64,000 bases of DNA, from positions 106,516,001-106,580,000 of the forward strand of contig OX597816.1 in assembly GCA_951406725.2 (NCBI GenBank), written 5' to 3'. Shown piece after piece: positions 12,322 through 25,700 of the stretch; positions within the stretch are counted from its first letter, which is position 1; every line of letters begins with the position of its first letter. The stretch comes from Octopus vulgaris (lineage: Eukaryota). The position numbers and the translations under genes are program-made. Under the pieces are notes generated by a model, which was not told the origin of the DNA, did not search any database, and worked only from the letters and a program-made list of their open reading frames with translations.

Positions 12322-12650
12322 AAGATGCATGGCTCAGTGGTTAGAGTGTTGGCCTCACAGGGTAGTGAGTTTGATTCCCAGACTGGGCTGTGTGTTGTGT
12401 TCTTGAGCAAGACACTTTATTTCACATTGCTTCAGTTCACTCAGCTGTAGAAATGAGTTGCGACGTCACTGGTGCCAAGCTGTATCAGCCTTTGCCTTTC
12501 CCTATTGGTGGCATGAAGAGATGAGGCTGGTATGCATGAGCGACTGCCAGTCTTCCATAAACAAATTTGACTGGACTTGTGCATTGGAGGGGAACTTTCT
12601 CGGCGCAATCCTGTGGTCATACATGACCAAGGAGGTCTTTACCCTTTACC
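12322..12650 (+). mobile_element. tRNA-derived SINE family C
   Basis: A box tggctcagtggttag, B box gagtttgattccc, then ttgtgttcttgagcaagacactttatttcac...; other copies at 26447-26775(+), 45787-46115(-) and 57860-58020(-, partial). Confidence 0.88.
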
Positions 12651-14642
12651 CATTTATGCATTATACTTAATATAAATACATTGTGATAGGCAAATTTATC
12701 TGGAGATAACATCACTTATGGATGTGCTCTATTTAAAAACACAATATATATATCAAAAGGAGGTGAAAATCATACCAGTAACTGCAGCAAGAGAGAATTC
12801 TAGATGCATTTCTGCTTCATAGAGTACTTTTGACAGTGAGTACTCACAGCCAGCATACTTAGAGGAAAATTGTCACCACCATTTTAAAAGAAAACAACTA
12901 GTTGTGTTTCAAATAGCTGCCTAAGCTGGACAAAGATCCATTATGTGCAACATAAGCAGTATTATGTACCATACTTTATGTAAATACATTCTGATAGTCA
13001 AACTTATTGCAGTATTCATTTGGAGATATCTGTTTTGGATATGTTGTATTTAAATATATGCAATTGAAAATTCCCAACAAGACAGAAATGTATCTAGCAT
13101 TCTCACTTGCCTGGTGGGATGAGACTCAATTCAAACTCCATGTTTTACTTTTTTTCTTATCCTCATTCACTTTCATTTATCATATATGTTCTCTCTCTCA
13201 ATATCTAATCTCTTTTTCTTTTTATCACCCTCACCCCTCTTTCCGTCTCTTATGATTTTAATTTCTTTAGTGACAACTAGCACTTATGAACACTCTTTTT
13301 TCTATCACTATGTATATTTCTCTCTCTTCTTGTCCCTCTTTCTGACTTCTTTTCTCTCTCTCTCTCTCAACACTTACTGCTCCTCATAAAAATTGGCCAT
13401 TGTCTTTGGACTTTTTACATCAAAGGTTATTTCATTTTCAAAAAAATGTGAATCACAAAACACTGTTTTTGTTTACATTTCCCTATTTATGTCAATCAAT
13501 TCCTTTATCATTTTACATGGCTTAAAATCACATTTTTATAATTTCTCTTTAACTTATAACCACAGGTCAGTATTAGATAGTAATAATTTCATTCTAGAAC
13601 ATCAACATTTGTGTAATTTCTTGACTGGTCTTTTTGCTTTACATTTCTTTTATAAAATTTTTTTTTCATTCCTGGTATAAGAAGAAAAGAAGGAACTTTT
13701 AAACAATTCATTTCCATCAATAATAGTGTGAAAAAAAGTGCCCTACCTACAACACCTGCTACCAAATGCAAGTGTGCTCTGAGAGCAACTGAAACAAATT
13801 AACTGTGTCAACTAAGACCTCAAGCTAACATAACCAAAAATGCAACTCATAGAAAACTTGAGATTGATAGTAGAAGTGGCACTCGCCATAGATAGAAGGC
13901 TGTCCATGAATAACTGGAAATGCTTGATGAATGACAAGCTTACCTTCATCTGATAACTGTCAGACAGACTGCACATAGACACCATGAAACCTGGAAGTAT
14001 ACCAGGCCAGCCTCTGCTTTCTTGCTCAAAAAGCAAGACAGGCAGATACTAGATCCTGACCTTAGACATATGGGCTGTGGAAAAGTAAAGTCTTCATCTA
14101 TGACCCTGAAGATGAGTGTTTCTCAAAAAATAGTTTTAGTAGGTATACTTCAAAATTTGTGGCAAGCATTTGACTAAGAAATGGAAACAAGAGATGAATA
14201 GTTTTCTGTTCAGTTGAAAAGGTTAAATCTATAAAATCTAATTGATCCACTGGCATCCCTAAATTAGCTTTCAAGAGAAATCAAGTATTGCTTTATTAAA
14301 CCAGATATACTTTCATTAACAAAAAAAAAAACTCTGGGATCATTTATAGCTACATTTTATTCAAAGAAATTCTGGGTATTCCGAAAGTACATGTGCATGC
14401 ATGTGTGAGTAATAGCATAGCCGTATGGTTAAAAGGCTCACTTTGCAACCAGTGATTCTACTATCAATTGCACAGTAGAAGACCTTTCAACAGGGCTAAA
14501 GCTGCAACCAAGAGTTTCCAAGTTCAATCCTGCTGTGTGGTACTTTGAGCTAGTGTCATCTGGTGTAGCCTTGGATTGAACCAATACCTTCTGAGAAAAC
14601 ATTTAGTAGATGGAAATTTTGCTGAACCCATTATATAAATAT

Positions 14643-14776
14643 AGCACAGGAGTGGCTGTGTACGGTGTGGTAAGTAGCTTGCTTACCAACCACATGGTTC
14701 TGGATTCAGACCCACTGCGTGGCACCTTGGGCAAGTGTCTTTTACTATAGCCTCAGGCCAACCAAAGGAGCCCGTC

Positions 14777-14807
<31 letters not shown>

Positions 14808-15022
14808 TGTATGTGTGTGTTTGTGCATCTGTGTTTGTCTCTCCAACATTGCTTGACAACCGATGGTGGTGTGTTTACATCCCCATAACTTAGCAGTTCA
14901 GCAAAAGGGTACAATAGAATAAGTACTAGGCTTACAAATAATAAGTCTTGGGTCAATTCGCACAACTAAAGGCGGTGCTCCAGCATGGCTGCAGTTGAAT
15001 GACTGAAACAAATGAAAGAATA
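14643..15022 (+). mobile_element. SINE family B, near full length
   Basis: gcacaggagtggctgtg...ggattcagacccactgcgtggcaccttgggcaagtgtc...(TA)n...ctccagcatggctgcagttgaatgactgaaacaa; an older head copy sits directly upstream (14415-14635). Confidence 0.88.
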
Positions 15023-15029
15023 TATATAT

Positions 15030-15063
<34 letters not shown>

Positions 15064-15437
15064 CGAGAGAGAGATTTTTTTTATATACTGGTGTAAACCA
15101 GTGCATCAAATTACATCCCTTTATTTCAAAAAAGGGGTAAAAACTTGGGCTTTCAATAAACAGAAGCAGATAAGTATCAGACTGAGAAAAATACTTATGT
15201 CATTATCATCAACTAAGACTCTTGTAGGCACTGCCTCAGCACAGCCACAACTCAATTACTAAAGGCAGTAAAAGAACATAAAATAATACCAAAAAATGTT
15301 ATTTGCACTTTGTACAGTGAGATCTGAAACAATAACCTGCATATCTATTCTTAATACATTCCTGCAGATTCAAATGCAAACATACTAATCACTGTTATAT
15401 ACATCACAGAACAGCTTCTCTCTTTTACGATAAAAAA

Positions 15438-15693
15438 GTGTTCATAACACACTTGGCTGATTGGTGCAAGGGATTCTGGGATACTTGTGTTTCAACAGAT
15501 TGTGTCTTATCAGCCAGAAGTTGACAGATAACAGTGCTGATCAGAAAACAAGTTGTTCACTGAAATTATAAACAAAGTCACTGGTTTGTTTAGGTTTAAA
15601 AAAATACTGGGTATTTCTGGCTTATGCAACACATGTTGAAATACTGGTATCCTAGAATCCCTTGCACCAATGAGCTTAGTGTATAATGAACAC
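15438..15693. mobile_element. MITE with about 90-bp terminal inverted repeats
   Basis: Left gtgttcataacacacttggctgattggtgcaagggattctgggatac versus right reverse complement gtgttcattatacactaagctcattggtgcaagggattctaggatac. Confidence 0.85.
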
Positions 15694-16799
15694 ACTGTCA
15701 TCTGTCATCATAGATGGAAGAAGCTGTTTTCCTGTGACATACACAATAGTGACTAGCATATTTGCATTCAAATCTGCTAGACTGCATTGAAAATAAATAT
15801 GCAAGTTATTGTTGATATAAAATACTTAATAATGAAAAGTTTATTGGCAACTTTTTAATTTTCAGTCAACACCACACACACACATAAACGAGCCTTTAAA
15901 GGTTACTCAGCCTATAAGAATTAGCAGTCAAATTTTTCCCAAATTACACACTATTAGAAAAATAAATAAATAAATAAACATATTTTTCAGTCTTAGATAC
16001 AAAGAATTCCTATCCATGATGCAGGCCTAGGCATTGTTTTATTTAGAAAACCACCCACTTGCCCATGCATATAAGTCAGTTCATTCTATGCCACCAATGT
16101 TGTCTAAGAAAAAAGGCAAAGGCTAATGTAGTGTGGCACCATTGTCATTGCACATGTTGCCATCAGACACCACAAAGCATTTTATGCAGCACTCTAACAA
16201 TTCTGCTGAGACTCTCATGCTCTGACTGGCATGTTATTAATCAACCTCAAAAAGATGAAGAGAAAAGTTGACTCGAGTGGGATTTGAACTTAAAACACAG
16301 AGAATCAGAGCAAATACAGTAAGGCACTCTATTCAATGCTCTAACGACTCTGCCAATTCATCATTTTCAATAAAAGACAGGATGGTCATACCTTCAGTCA
16401 TAAGTATACTTGATTTTTGCTACCCTAGGGCTAAATAACAACGATAACAACACAGATATAACTATGAGGTTAAATCTCTATTAAGGTCAAGTCCTGTTGA
16501 GATCCACTTTGCTTTTTATCTTTCCATGGTTAATAAAAATTAGTATCAATAGTATATTGTATTGAGGTTGATTCAATCAATTCTTTACAGCATATTTATA
16601 ACCCCGATCTAAAGTTTGAAATCAATATATGTTAGCATCTCACATAATATAATACAGTAAGATGTAAAACTTTTATTTAACTGAGACTATATATGCAATC
16701 AGAAGACAAAAAAATTCCGTCTAAGAATGTTTAAAAGATAAAAGCAAACAAGGGAGATAATGCTAATAATATCAACCAATTAACATTTTCAGAAAATAA

Positions 16800-17252
16800 A
16801 GAGGCACAGGCTTTGTTGTGTGGTAAGAAGCTTACTTCCCAACCATATGGTCCTAAGCTCAATCCCATTGCATGGTACCCTGGGCAATTGCCTTCTACTA
16901 TAGCTCTGGGAAAGCCTCATGAATGGATTTGGCAGGAAGAAAATGAAAAAAACTTGTTGTGGGTATATATATAAATGCGAGTGTGCATTGTATCACTGTA
17001 TTCTTGCTCTGACATCATATGATATTTGTAAAGCAAGTGTCATTGTAATGCAAGTGGTGTCCTTTGTTTTCGATATTTTGTGATGACATGTTTGGTATTG
17101 GGGAAATATTATCATACTTGGAATCAGATGGGGGTGCTGGCATCAGAAAAAGCATCCAGCTGTAGAAAATCCATCTCAACAAATTCAATCCGACTCATGC
17201 AGGCATGAAAAGATAGATATGAAAGCAATGATGATGATGATGACAGATGATG
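16800..17252 (+). mobile_element. SINE with family B head and RTE-type tail
   Basis: CORE-like head; ends gcatccagctgtagaaaatc...catgcaggcatgaaaag...(GAT)n, resembling the RTE 3' end at 4420-4562. Confidence 0.75.
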
Positions 17253-19064
17253 CTGATAAGAATGCTTTTTGTTTTCAAAGCCAGTTAGTGAAAGCAATGG
17301 ATTCTTAATAAGTCTGCTCAATAAATTATAGTCTATTCAGTTAGCAAGTGATTGCTATATATAGGAACAGAGGCAATGTAATGATGTTGGTTATGAATAT
17401 AAACATAAGAAGCTGAGATGAAAAAAATAATAATAATAAAATAAAAAAGAAACTCAGGGGAGCTTCCTGCATACTTCACATACCAGAGGGTTACACATAT
17501 ATAATATAGCAAGTTGAAAAACTTCAATCAACCAAAATTATCCAGGCAATTAGCGAACAAAAACTCCCTGAATGAATGATTACAATCTAAAACAATAAGC
17601 AGGGAATAATTTCAATAATATCAGCCAATCAAAATTTTTAATAAAGAAAGATGACAGGAGTGAATTAGAAATCAGTACTTTTATTGCTGGGAAGGCAGTA
17701 GAGATAGGAGTGAGGCAAGAGGGTTATGTCACTAAATGTATAGTTTTGTTTCATTTTTATGCCCCTTTTTTCATGACAGTTCAGATTAGATGCCTTGTTT
17801 TGCAGCTAGATATCCTTCCTGTTGAAAACCCTTAACTGTTTTTCAATTGAGGGATCTCTTATACCAAATATCTTCACACCTGCAAAGCCAGCAGAGAGTT
17901 TGTTGACAAAGAAAATAGCAACAATCCAGTGAAGTGATTTCCAGAGAAATGCAAACAAAACACACAGTTGACTAAACCCCTCCTAAAATTGCCTACCTTG
18001 TGCAAAAAATTGAAACAATTACTGTTCCTCTTGAACCTTTATCAGTCAACACCTGTATGAGAATATGAACAGAGAAGGAATTCCAGAGGCTGACATTCTG
18101 ATCAAATAGGGCAGGAATGCCAGTATGGAGGTAGTATGAATTCAGCCAGCACCAAGGAACAGAGCCCAATATAGTATTGGTAGAAAAGGCAGAAAGGGGA
18201 CATAGCATGCCTGTGGTCTAGAGGCTGGAATATGTCCGTAAATGACTTTAAATCAATCAGTCAGTTGGGATAAGAGAAATAGCTGAGACTGGAGAGTGTT
18301 TAAGTATAAATAATATGGTATTTAGAATGATCTTCCTCTATTTTGAGTTCAAAGACTTTCCTGATCCCCTGTGTCTCACTCCTCCAAGCTGAACAAATTT
18401 ATTCCCTTAAATTTATTTTTTAAAAACCCTTTATTTGTAGTATTAGGTCTCTTAATATTAATTCTGATTAGGCATGCTTTGAAAATAACCAATATAAAAT
18501 TGGTCTCTCTTTTTAATCATAAATGTAAGGCTACAGAACCTTATCATGTTAGTGAAACTTTGTAAAAGACATACATAATTTTGTTGAACAACTGAGACTA
18601 AATGTCTAGTTAGAGAATCATTGAATAGTTTAATGCACTGCTTTCTACTCTAAGTTACAAAAATAAAAAATAAATCCAAAGGGATAACAGAACATGGACA
18701 GTGGTTTCATTTTGTAGGTGGAGCAAACAAAAGATTTATCAGAGAGTCAATTTGAAGAGGGTTGAATATAATCACTAGAACACAAGGCAAAGAAAGACTT
18801 CTATTTTACAATCTAGTGAAAATAGTGATCAAAGTTTTCTTTCAGCCAACATCATTAGATTTCTGATTCTTTTACACAAAGTATTTAGTTGCTGTTTCAC
18901 TCCATCTCAATCTAGATCAAGCATATTCTCAAAAGTACACCAGCCATGACCATCTCAGACATAGTTTACTCCAACCAATATAAGCCAATGAGTTCTTCCT
19001 TTTGAGACATTAGCATGTTATTTGAGGAGTTTTTGCCACTATTTCTACCAGGTGGAGTGACTTA

Positions 19065-19447
19065 TATTCTTTTAGTTCCAGTCATTAGATTGTGACCATG
19101 CTGGGGCACTGCCATGAAGAATTCACCACAATACTTTAAAAAAAAATTTTAAAGCCTGGTCTTATTCTGTCAGCCTCTTTTGCTGAACCGCTAAGTTATG
19201 GGAACATAAACATACCAACATCAGTTGTCGAATGGTGGTGGGGAAACAAGCGCACAGGCCACACACACACACATGTATTCACACAACATGCTTCTTTTAG
19301 TTTCCGTCTACCAAATCCATTGACAAGGCTTTGGGCAGCCTAAGGCTATAGTAGAAGACACTTGCCCAAGGTGCCACACAGTGGGACTGAACCGAGAACT
19401 ATGCGACTGAGAAGCAAGCTTCTTACTACACAGCCACTCCTGTGCCA
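19065..19447 (-). mobile_element. SINE family B
   Basis: Full-length reverse-complement copy. Confidence 0.85.
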
Positions 19448-19539
19448 ATATAAGGGTTTTACTTAAGGAGCTGTATCACAATACTAATTGAACCAGTATA
19501 TTGGAGATTTCAGCACAATGTTTATCAATGATTTTTAGG

Positions 19540-21425
19540 TAATTTTGGGGTGCTGAATCCAAATGTAACATCAGATTTTGTCTATCACATCAGATTTTTG
19601 ATGTGCCAACAGTTGCTGTGATGATCTTTAAGCTCAACTACAGCTCCATGTTTGATGCACTTTTGGCAGGCATCAACAAAATGTTTAGGACCCTCCTGGA
19701 GGATGAGAAATGCCAGCTGGCTGCTGCCCTTCACCCCAGGTTTCACCTCATCTGGTTGAATAAGTATGACAACACCAAGGTTGCCAAGGTGAGTAAAAAC
19801 ATGAAAGGTAAGGTTGAGGAGGCCATGAGACAGAAGTCTGATGAAGTGAGCAGCAACAACAAAGAGTAGGAGGATGATTTCTTCAGTGGTGTCACCCAAC
19901 CAAAAGAGAGCAGCAGGAGCTACAGGTCACTCAAGGACAAGGCCCAGAATTTGGTCAAGACCTAATTGGAGACCAAATCAAAGGACTTGCTGACAGATGC
20001 TGCCTTCTTGAGTGAAAAAGTGTTGGTGAACCTGTTCATTATGTTCAACATAGCCATCCCAGTGCTGCAGTAGAGTGTTAGTTCTCAATGGGCAAATCAA
20101 AGAAAAATTTGACTTTGACTATCTAATTTTCATGAAGGGCAACATGGATATCTTGAACAAAATGAGAATGAGAAAAAGAGGAAAAATTAAATTATGTATA
20201 TATTGTTTTTCATTATTTTTATTTTTATTTTTTATGGCCACTTTATCAATAAACTTTTTTAGTTTGATACTGTGTTTCATTTGAGAATTTTTTTTACCAT
20301 TTTCTGGCTCTGAAAGCTTTTAAAAACCTAAAAACAAAGGGCCCAAACTATGAAATCAGCTTTTTTTAGGTCTTTTAAAAGAACTATAAAATCGGCATTT
20401 TTTAACTCTAAAGCAAAAAAAAAAAAAAAAAAAAAACTATAGTTTTTTTGGTTCTAAAGATCTTAAAAAGGACAAAAGAAGGCTGATCTTATAGTTTTGG
20501 CACTTTTAAAAAGAGTTTTTAGCTGGTTTTAGAGCAAAAACTGATTTTCTGATTTTTCTATAATAAAATTTAACGTTAATGGTTTATTGAAAACTTCCAT
20601 TACATTTTTTAAGAAATAACTAATTAACGGTCATCGAAGTTAACTTTTTGGTTAATGGATGAATGGTTACCAAAGTTAACTTTTCAATTATCGGTGCCCA
20701 CCTTTGGTAAGTAGTGCAATTTAATGCTCATTCTACATCCAAGTGCTTGCAAACTCAAAAGCAGCTCCTCCATAATCTCTTGACAGTTATCAGATTTCCC
20801 GTTTCCAAGGAAATTCCACAACACATCAGAGAAGGCATTCCAACACTCATTGTTGTAATGAAATGTAGATCCCTAAGGAGTGTTCTTATTTGAGGTCCAT
20901 CAAATATTCCTGCCTTCTTATCACTGAGACTTGGAAAGGTTGTACATATATATCTGAAGCAGTCTCCACTGTGATCAAGAGCTTTAATGACCTGCTTCAT
21001 CACACCAAGTTTCAACACAGATTTTGCAAACTTTGTGGGAAGCCCAGGTTTTGTTCTGGTCTTCAAGTGTTACTTTGAAGTAAGATACACCTTGACAAAG
21101 TTATTAATGTTGCGCCTTTGAGCCTATGGAGTGAAGTTTTCCCAGACGTAACAGAAGATATCGGGATAATTACAGCACGTCTTTCTTTTTGATGTTGTAT
21201 CCATAACTAGATCGCAGTAGTTCGGTTCACATGTGAAAAGGGCTTTACAGCAAAACTCAGCTTGTACATGTTCAAAATTAGCATGACAATCCAGCCAAAA
21301 TTCTTGCAAATTGTGGTGTAAAGTTAACTTTTGCTATGTTCCAGGTAAATAAAGATATATACCGATCGCACAAAAATGTAATGTGGTAGAACAAAGCTGA
21401 GGTTAATTTTGGAATCAGCACCATA
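19540..21425 (-). mobile_element. Decayed DNA transposon (possibly Sola-type) hosting the hAT fragment
   Basis: LKLGVMKQVIKAL..YICTTFPSLSDKKAGIFDGPQIRTLLRD (20755-21066); imperfect inverted repeats tgctgaatccaaatgtaacatcag (near 19550) and ctgaggttaattttggaatcagca (near 21400). The superfamily call is from recall only. Confidence 0.55.
19600..20706 (+). mobile_element. hAT transposon 3' fragment
   Basis: LAAALHPRFHLIWL and a degenerate LFIMFNIAIP.SAAVE..FS dimerisation motif; terminus ...ggtgcccacctttg. Confidence 0.75.
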
Positions 21426-22549
21426 TGCAAGAAAATTTTATTTTGTTGACTAGTGTATTTTAAAAAAATAATTTCTCTAATCAACGTCACATGTATGAGT
21501 GTTGAAATATTTAGTGTATAATTAGATTTTGAAATTTTTTAAATGTTTTTGTTACACGTATAACTAAATACACTAACTATTAGAAAAATAAACACAAAAT
21601 GTAGCTCAACAAACAAAAATAGAGCATAATATAAGTTGAAACTCAACACAGATTATAACCAACCAAACAAACTGAACTAAATTAAACGAGATGAAATATT
21701 TCACAGCACTTTAATGTAAATAAAATATTAGCAGGCTGCTAATCAGGTAGTATATTACTGGTATTTATGATTATGTATTACAGAAGAGGGGAGGGGTAGA
21801 TTTTATCATCAAACAGCAAGAATATGGAAGATAAGTAAAGATACGAAAAAGAAAATTTAAACGTAATGTAATTGCATAAAAGAGAAAAGACAGACTGACA
21901 AAACAGACGAATACAGAAACAGGGCGCAGGGATATAAGTGTTATACTTCCGTTCTGGTTTGTTATGTCTGGAACCAACAGGAAAAAGAAAGTAAATAACG
22001 AAAACAGATGAAAACAAAAAGGAAAATGAACAGAAAATTCACGTAGAAAGAAGAAAGAAACTAATTCAAAAGGGAAAATAAAATACATTGTCTTGAGAAA
22101 AGAATAAGATATCATATCATATACTACTAGATGGGAAGAGAATGAGAGAGAAAAATAGTAGAAAGAAAGAAAGTAAGTAGTAGTAGTAGTAGATGTGGTA
22201 GTAGTGGTGGTGGTGGTGGTGGTAGAAGAAGAGAGTTAGTAAAAGACAGTGGTAAAAAATACAAAGAGGGTAACGTTAAGAACGGGGGGAGTAGTACAGA
22301 AGAAATAATGTCAAAAGAGGGTGGGTAATACAGAAAGAATAATGTAAAGAAAGGGGGAGTAGTAGAGAAAAAGTAATATTAAAACAGAGTGAGTAGTATA
22401 AAAAGAGTAATGTTTAAAGACAGGGATGGGATGCAGAGAGAGAAATGACATGGTAACAGAGCAAAGAGGGAGAGAAAAAGGTCAACAGCAGTTCAAATAA
22501 AGTCTAACGTGTATTCTGTAATAAAGTGAGTGAAGTGAAAGACTGAAAG

Positions 22550-22645
22550 CTTCTTCACGTGGCTCTCACTCGTGTGAGGCACTCGTTTTGTGTATACTCT
22601 GAACATATAAAAGAGGAAAAAGCCGACGTCACGCAATTTGGAAAA
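22550..22645 (+). promoter_or_regulatory. Putative DAP1 core promoter
   Basis: E-box CACGTG at 22556-22561, TATAAAAG at 22606-22613, CRE-like GACGTCAC at 22625-22632, Inr-like GCAATTT about 29 nt after the TATA, and locally raised CpG density 70-150 nt upstream of the ATG. Confidence 0.55.
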
Positions 22646-22705
22646 GACACGATAACAAGATAAAACAACAGCAAACATATAAACGAACTTTATATATTTT
22701 CTGAA

Positions 22706-22760
22706 ATGTCTTCGTCAGTTGACAGCAAGATGGACCTGAAGGCTGGACATCCACCTGCAG
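22706..22760 (+). CDS. DAP: DAP1 coding exon 1 (MSSSVDSKMDLKAGHPPA + 1 nt)
   Basis: ATG at 22706; donor CAG|GTAAAT at 22760/22761; phase 1. Confidence 0.93.
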
Positions 22761-25700
22761 GTAAATAAATAAATAAAATTATTATTATTATGGTTATTAT
22801 CCCGTCTAGGTTTATGCTGCAGTCAAGTACTGTGATCGATTCAATCAATTTATGCCCGCCTCCCAAAAATGTGGCTTTGTGCCAGAGTTAGATAGAATTC
22901 ATTGTTTTTATTTCTGTTAGTGAAATTCTGAGAGCGAAAAATTACTCAACAAAACCTTGAGACAGTGTATTATAACGCAATTTAATAATTTGTTCGCCAA
23001 GTAAACATTAGGGTTATCCTTCATAAAACGGTTGTAAACCCAAAATAAAATGCAGAAACCAGAAAACATTGCTGCAGTCAAGTACTGTGGTTGATTGAAT
23101 CAATTTATGCCCGCCTCCCAAAAATGTGACTTTGTGCCAATGTTTAGAATTCATTATTATTGTTTTTATTTCTGTTAGCAGAATGCTGAGAGTAAAAAAT
23201 TACGGTTTAAACATTAACCAAAATTACTTAACAAAACCTCGAAACTGTATTATAACGCAATTTAATAATTTGTTCACTAAATAAACATTAGAGTGATTCT
23301 TCATAAAACGGTTGTAAACTCAAAATAAAAATACAATCAGAAACCAAAATGCATTACAAGCAACGAATGTCATTAACATTGCTTAAAGAAACCAACAATA
23401 ATACTTCTAGCAAGCATATTAAATCATGGTTTATTTAAAGTATAAAATATGTACGTGTATGAAATAACATTGTTTGATCGGTTGAAGTGACTGCACCTGA
23501 TTCTTGTAGAGACGACAAAACAAGAAGTTGTACTTGTAACCCCCAAAACAATCTGGTAGAATCACACTATTAACCAAACAGTATTAGCTTTGTAAAATCT
23601 ATTTTTTATATGATTACATATTTCATATTTACAAACAAAATAAATCAGGTACTACTAGCGAACAGTGGTCCCGGTGTACACATCGTTTATGTTTGTATGG
23701 TAGTTTAGGTTTGAATTTTCTTGAAGGGTCGCCCTATAAATAGCTTGTTTTTACCCGAACAAGGAACTTTAGCACACAGTAATGTCTATGGACCGTTCTT
23801 ATTTTGCAGTTGAACCCAGCCAAAGTCTTTTCACACCATTGCTTGAATAAGAAAACGAGTGCTTCTCTGTAGCCTCTCGATGTGCTAGAAATAGTAACCG
23901 AATATCACACCCACGATCGTAGATAGTAAGATAGATAGCATTGGATGATGTAGTCCCTATGATGTACTTGATTAAAAACGGGGTGGTCATGGAGAGAACG
24001 CTATTGCTAATGTCTGCTCAATGAAAGCCGAACAGCGTTAAATATTTTCCTTTTAAAAGACAGCTTTGCCCTCTAAGCATAATTATTTACCCCTCCCCCA
24101 TTTTGTTTTTGTTTATATTTTACTGATGATGGTACATTACCTACATTATGTGACTAAATTCGAATGTTGTCATTGTTTAGCATCTCTCCAGGTCAACTCG
24201 ATTGTGCTGAGGTGAATAACGACGTGTCAGTCATAATCAACGCATCTTATCTTCAGACGTAGTCTTATCTGGACTATATTAAACAACGTGTCCATTGTTT
24301 AGGATTGCAGTTTGAAGGACATTTCATTTGGCTGCTGTTTCTAGCAGGCTCGAGCGACCACATAGAGACTTCTCTTGTTGGCTCGTTGAATATTTGTTTG
24401 GATGACTTCTTGTATGCTTGTAGATGAATTCGAACAGTTTTCAGGATTTTGTGTAATATAATCACGTCGATGTGCATCGTGCATACAAGGTTGGTGTATT
24501 TTGAATGTGTACATGAATATGAAACTTGAGAAAGTCCATGCAGCTTGATATTCGAGAAGATACTACAGAGCTTAGAACGCATAAATCTAACCTAAATGGC
24601 TCATTTAGATATTAAAATATCAACCAATCTATGTAAATTGTGTGGGTATAAAATGTAAAATATACATTAGTATGTATACATTACTGGCCTATTTTGAAAC
24701 TCGATGTAAACATGCTTTTGAAAAAAACCCGAAACCTATTTATAACTAATTTGAATCTTTTTTTTTTGTTTGTTTAAAGGAACTTTAAAAACTGACCCTT
24801 TTGTTTGTAGTCATGTCCTTTTTTCCCCCTTATATTGGTTAGATATAGCTTAAATATTTTTATTACTTCTACCTATTCATGCTTGTTTTGCTTTTCCCTT
24901 TTAAAAAGTTCTCCCTCCATTAATATAAATAAACAATCGACATCTCTTTCACTCGGGCAAATATGTGTGTGTGTATTTATTTTCTACTGAGTTTGTATGC
25001 TTATGTATTTATATAGTTTCCTTTCCATTGTTAATGAAGTGTGAATTACGATATTTTAGCTTGATTTTGTACAACGTTATGTATAGTTAACTGTACAATA
25101 TGTTACATGTTTGCCACCATAAAACAATAAGGAAACAGCCTCTGTACCACGTGGTACTAGCTGACCCTCTTGTAAAAATTTGCATTAAAATATGTATTTA
25201 ATATTTGTCGGATTTTTCGAAGTTAATACATTTGTTAGTATGTTTTTTTTTTGGCGAATAAAAGGAGGATTACTTTCTTGTCAACTTTTTTAAAGTTGTA
25301 TAAGTGGATGCGTTTGTTTGTACTTTAGGTATATTTCTTTAAACCAGTCTTGGGCAAACTGCGGCCCGTGAGATTTTCTGAATGGGATCCCTAGCGAAAA
25401 ATTACGATGAATATCTTTAATAGTGTGACCTGCCTAATGACGAGCCATATCTCATGCGGCTCGCTTCTCGAAAAAGGTTATCCATGTCTGCAACCTCTAT
25501 TTATTTGTATCTCTAAATTTATCCGTTGGTTCACCACTCTCCGAACTCCTATATTCACCGACAATTAATTGTTCGAACATCTGTTATTTTAGATTGAGGA
25601 GACCTATCCTCACCTCACCCCTCAGGGAATATCCACTAGTGGACTTGACTCTCGCGGACCCACAGCCAAAATGCAAAGGAAGAAAATTTTCTTATCGACA

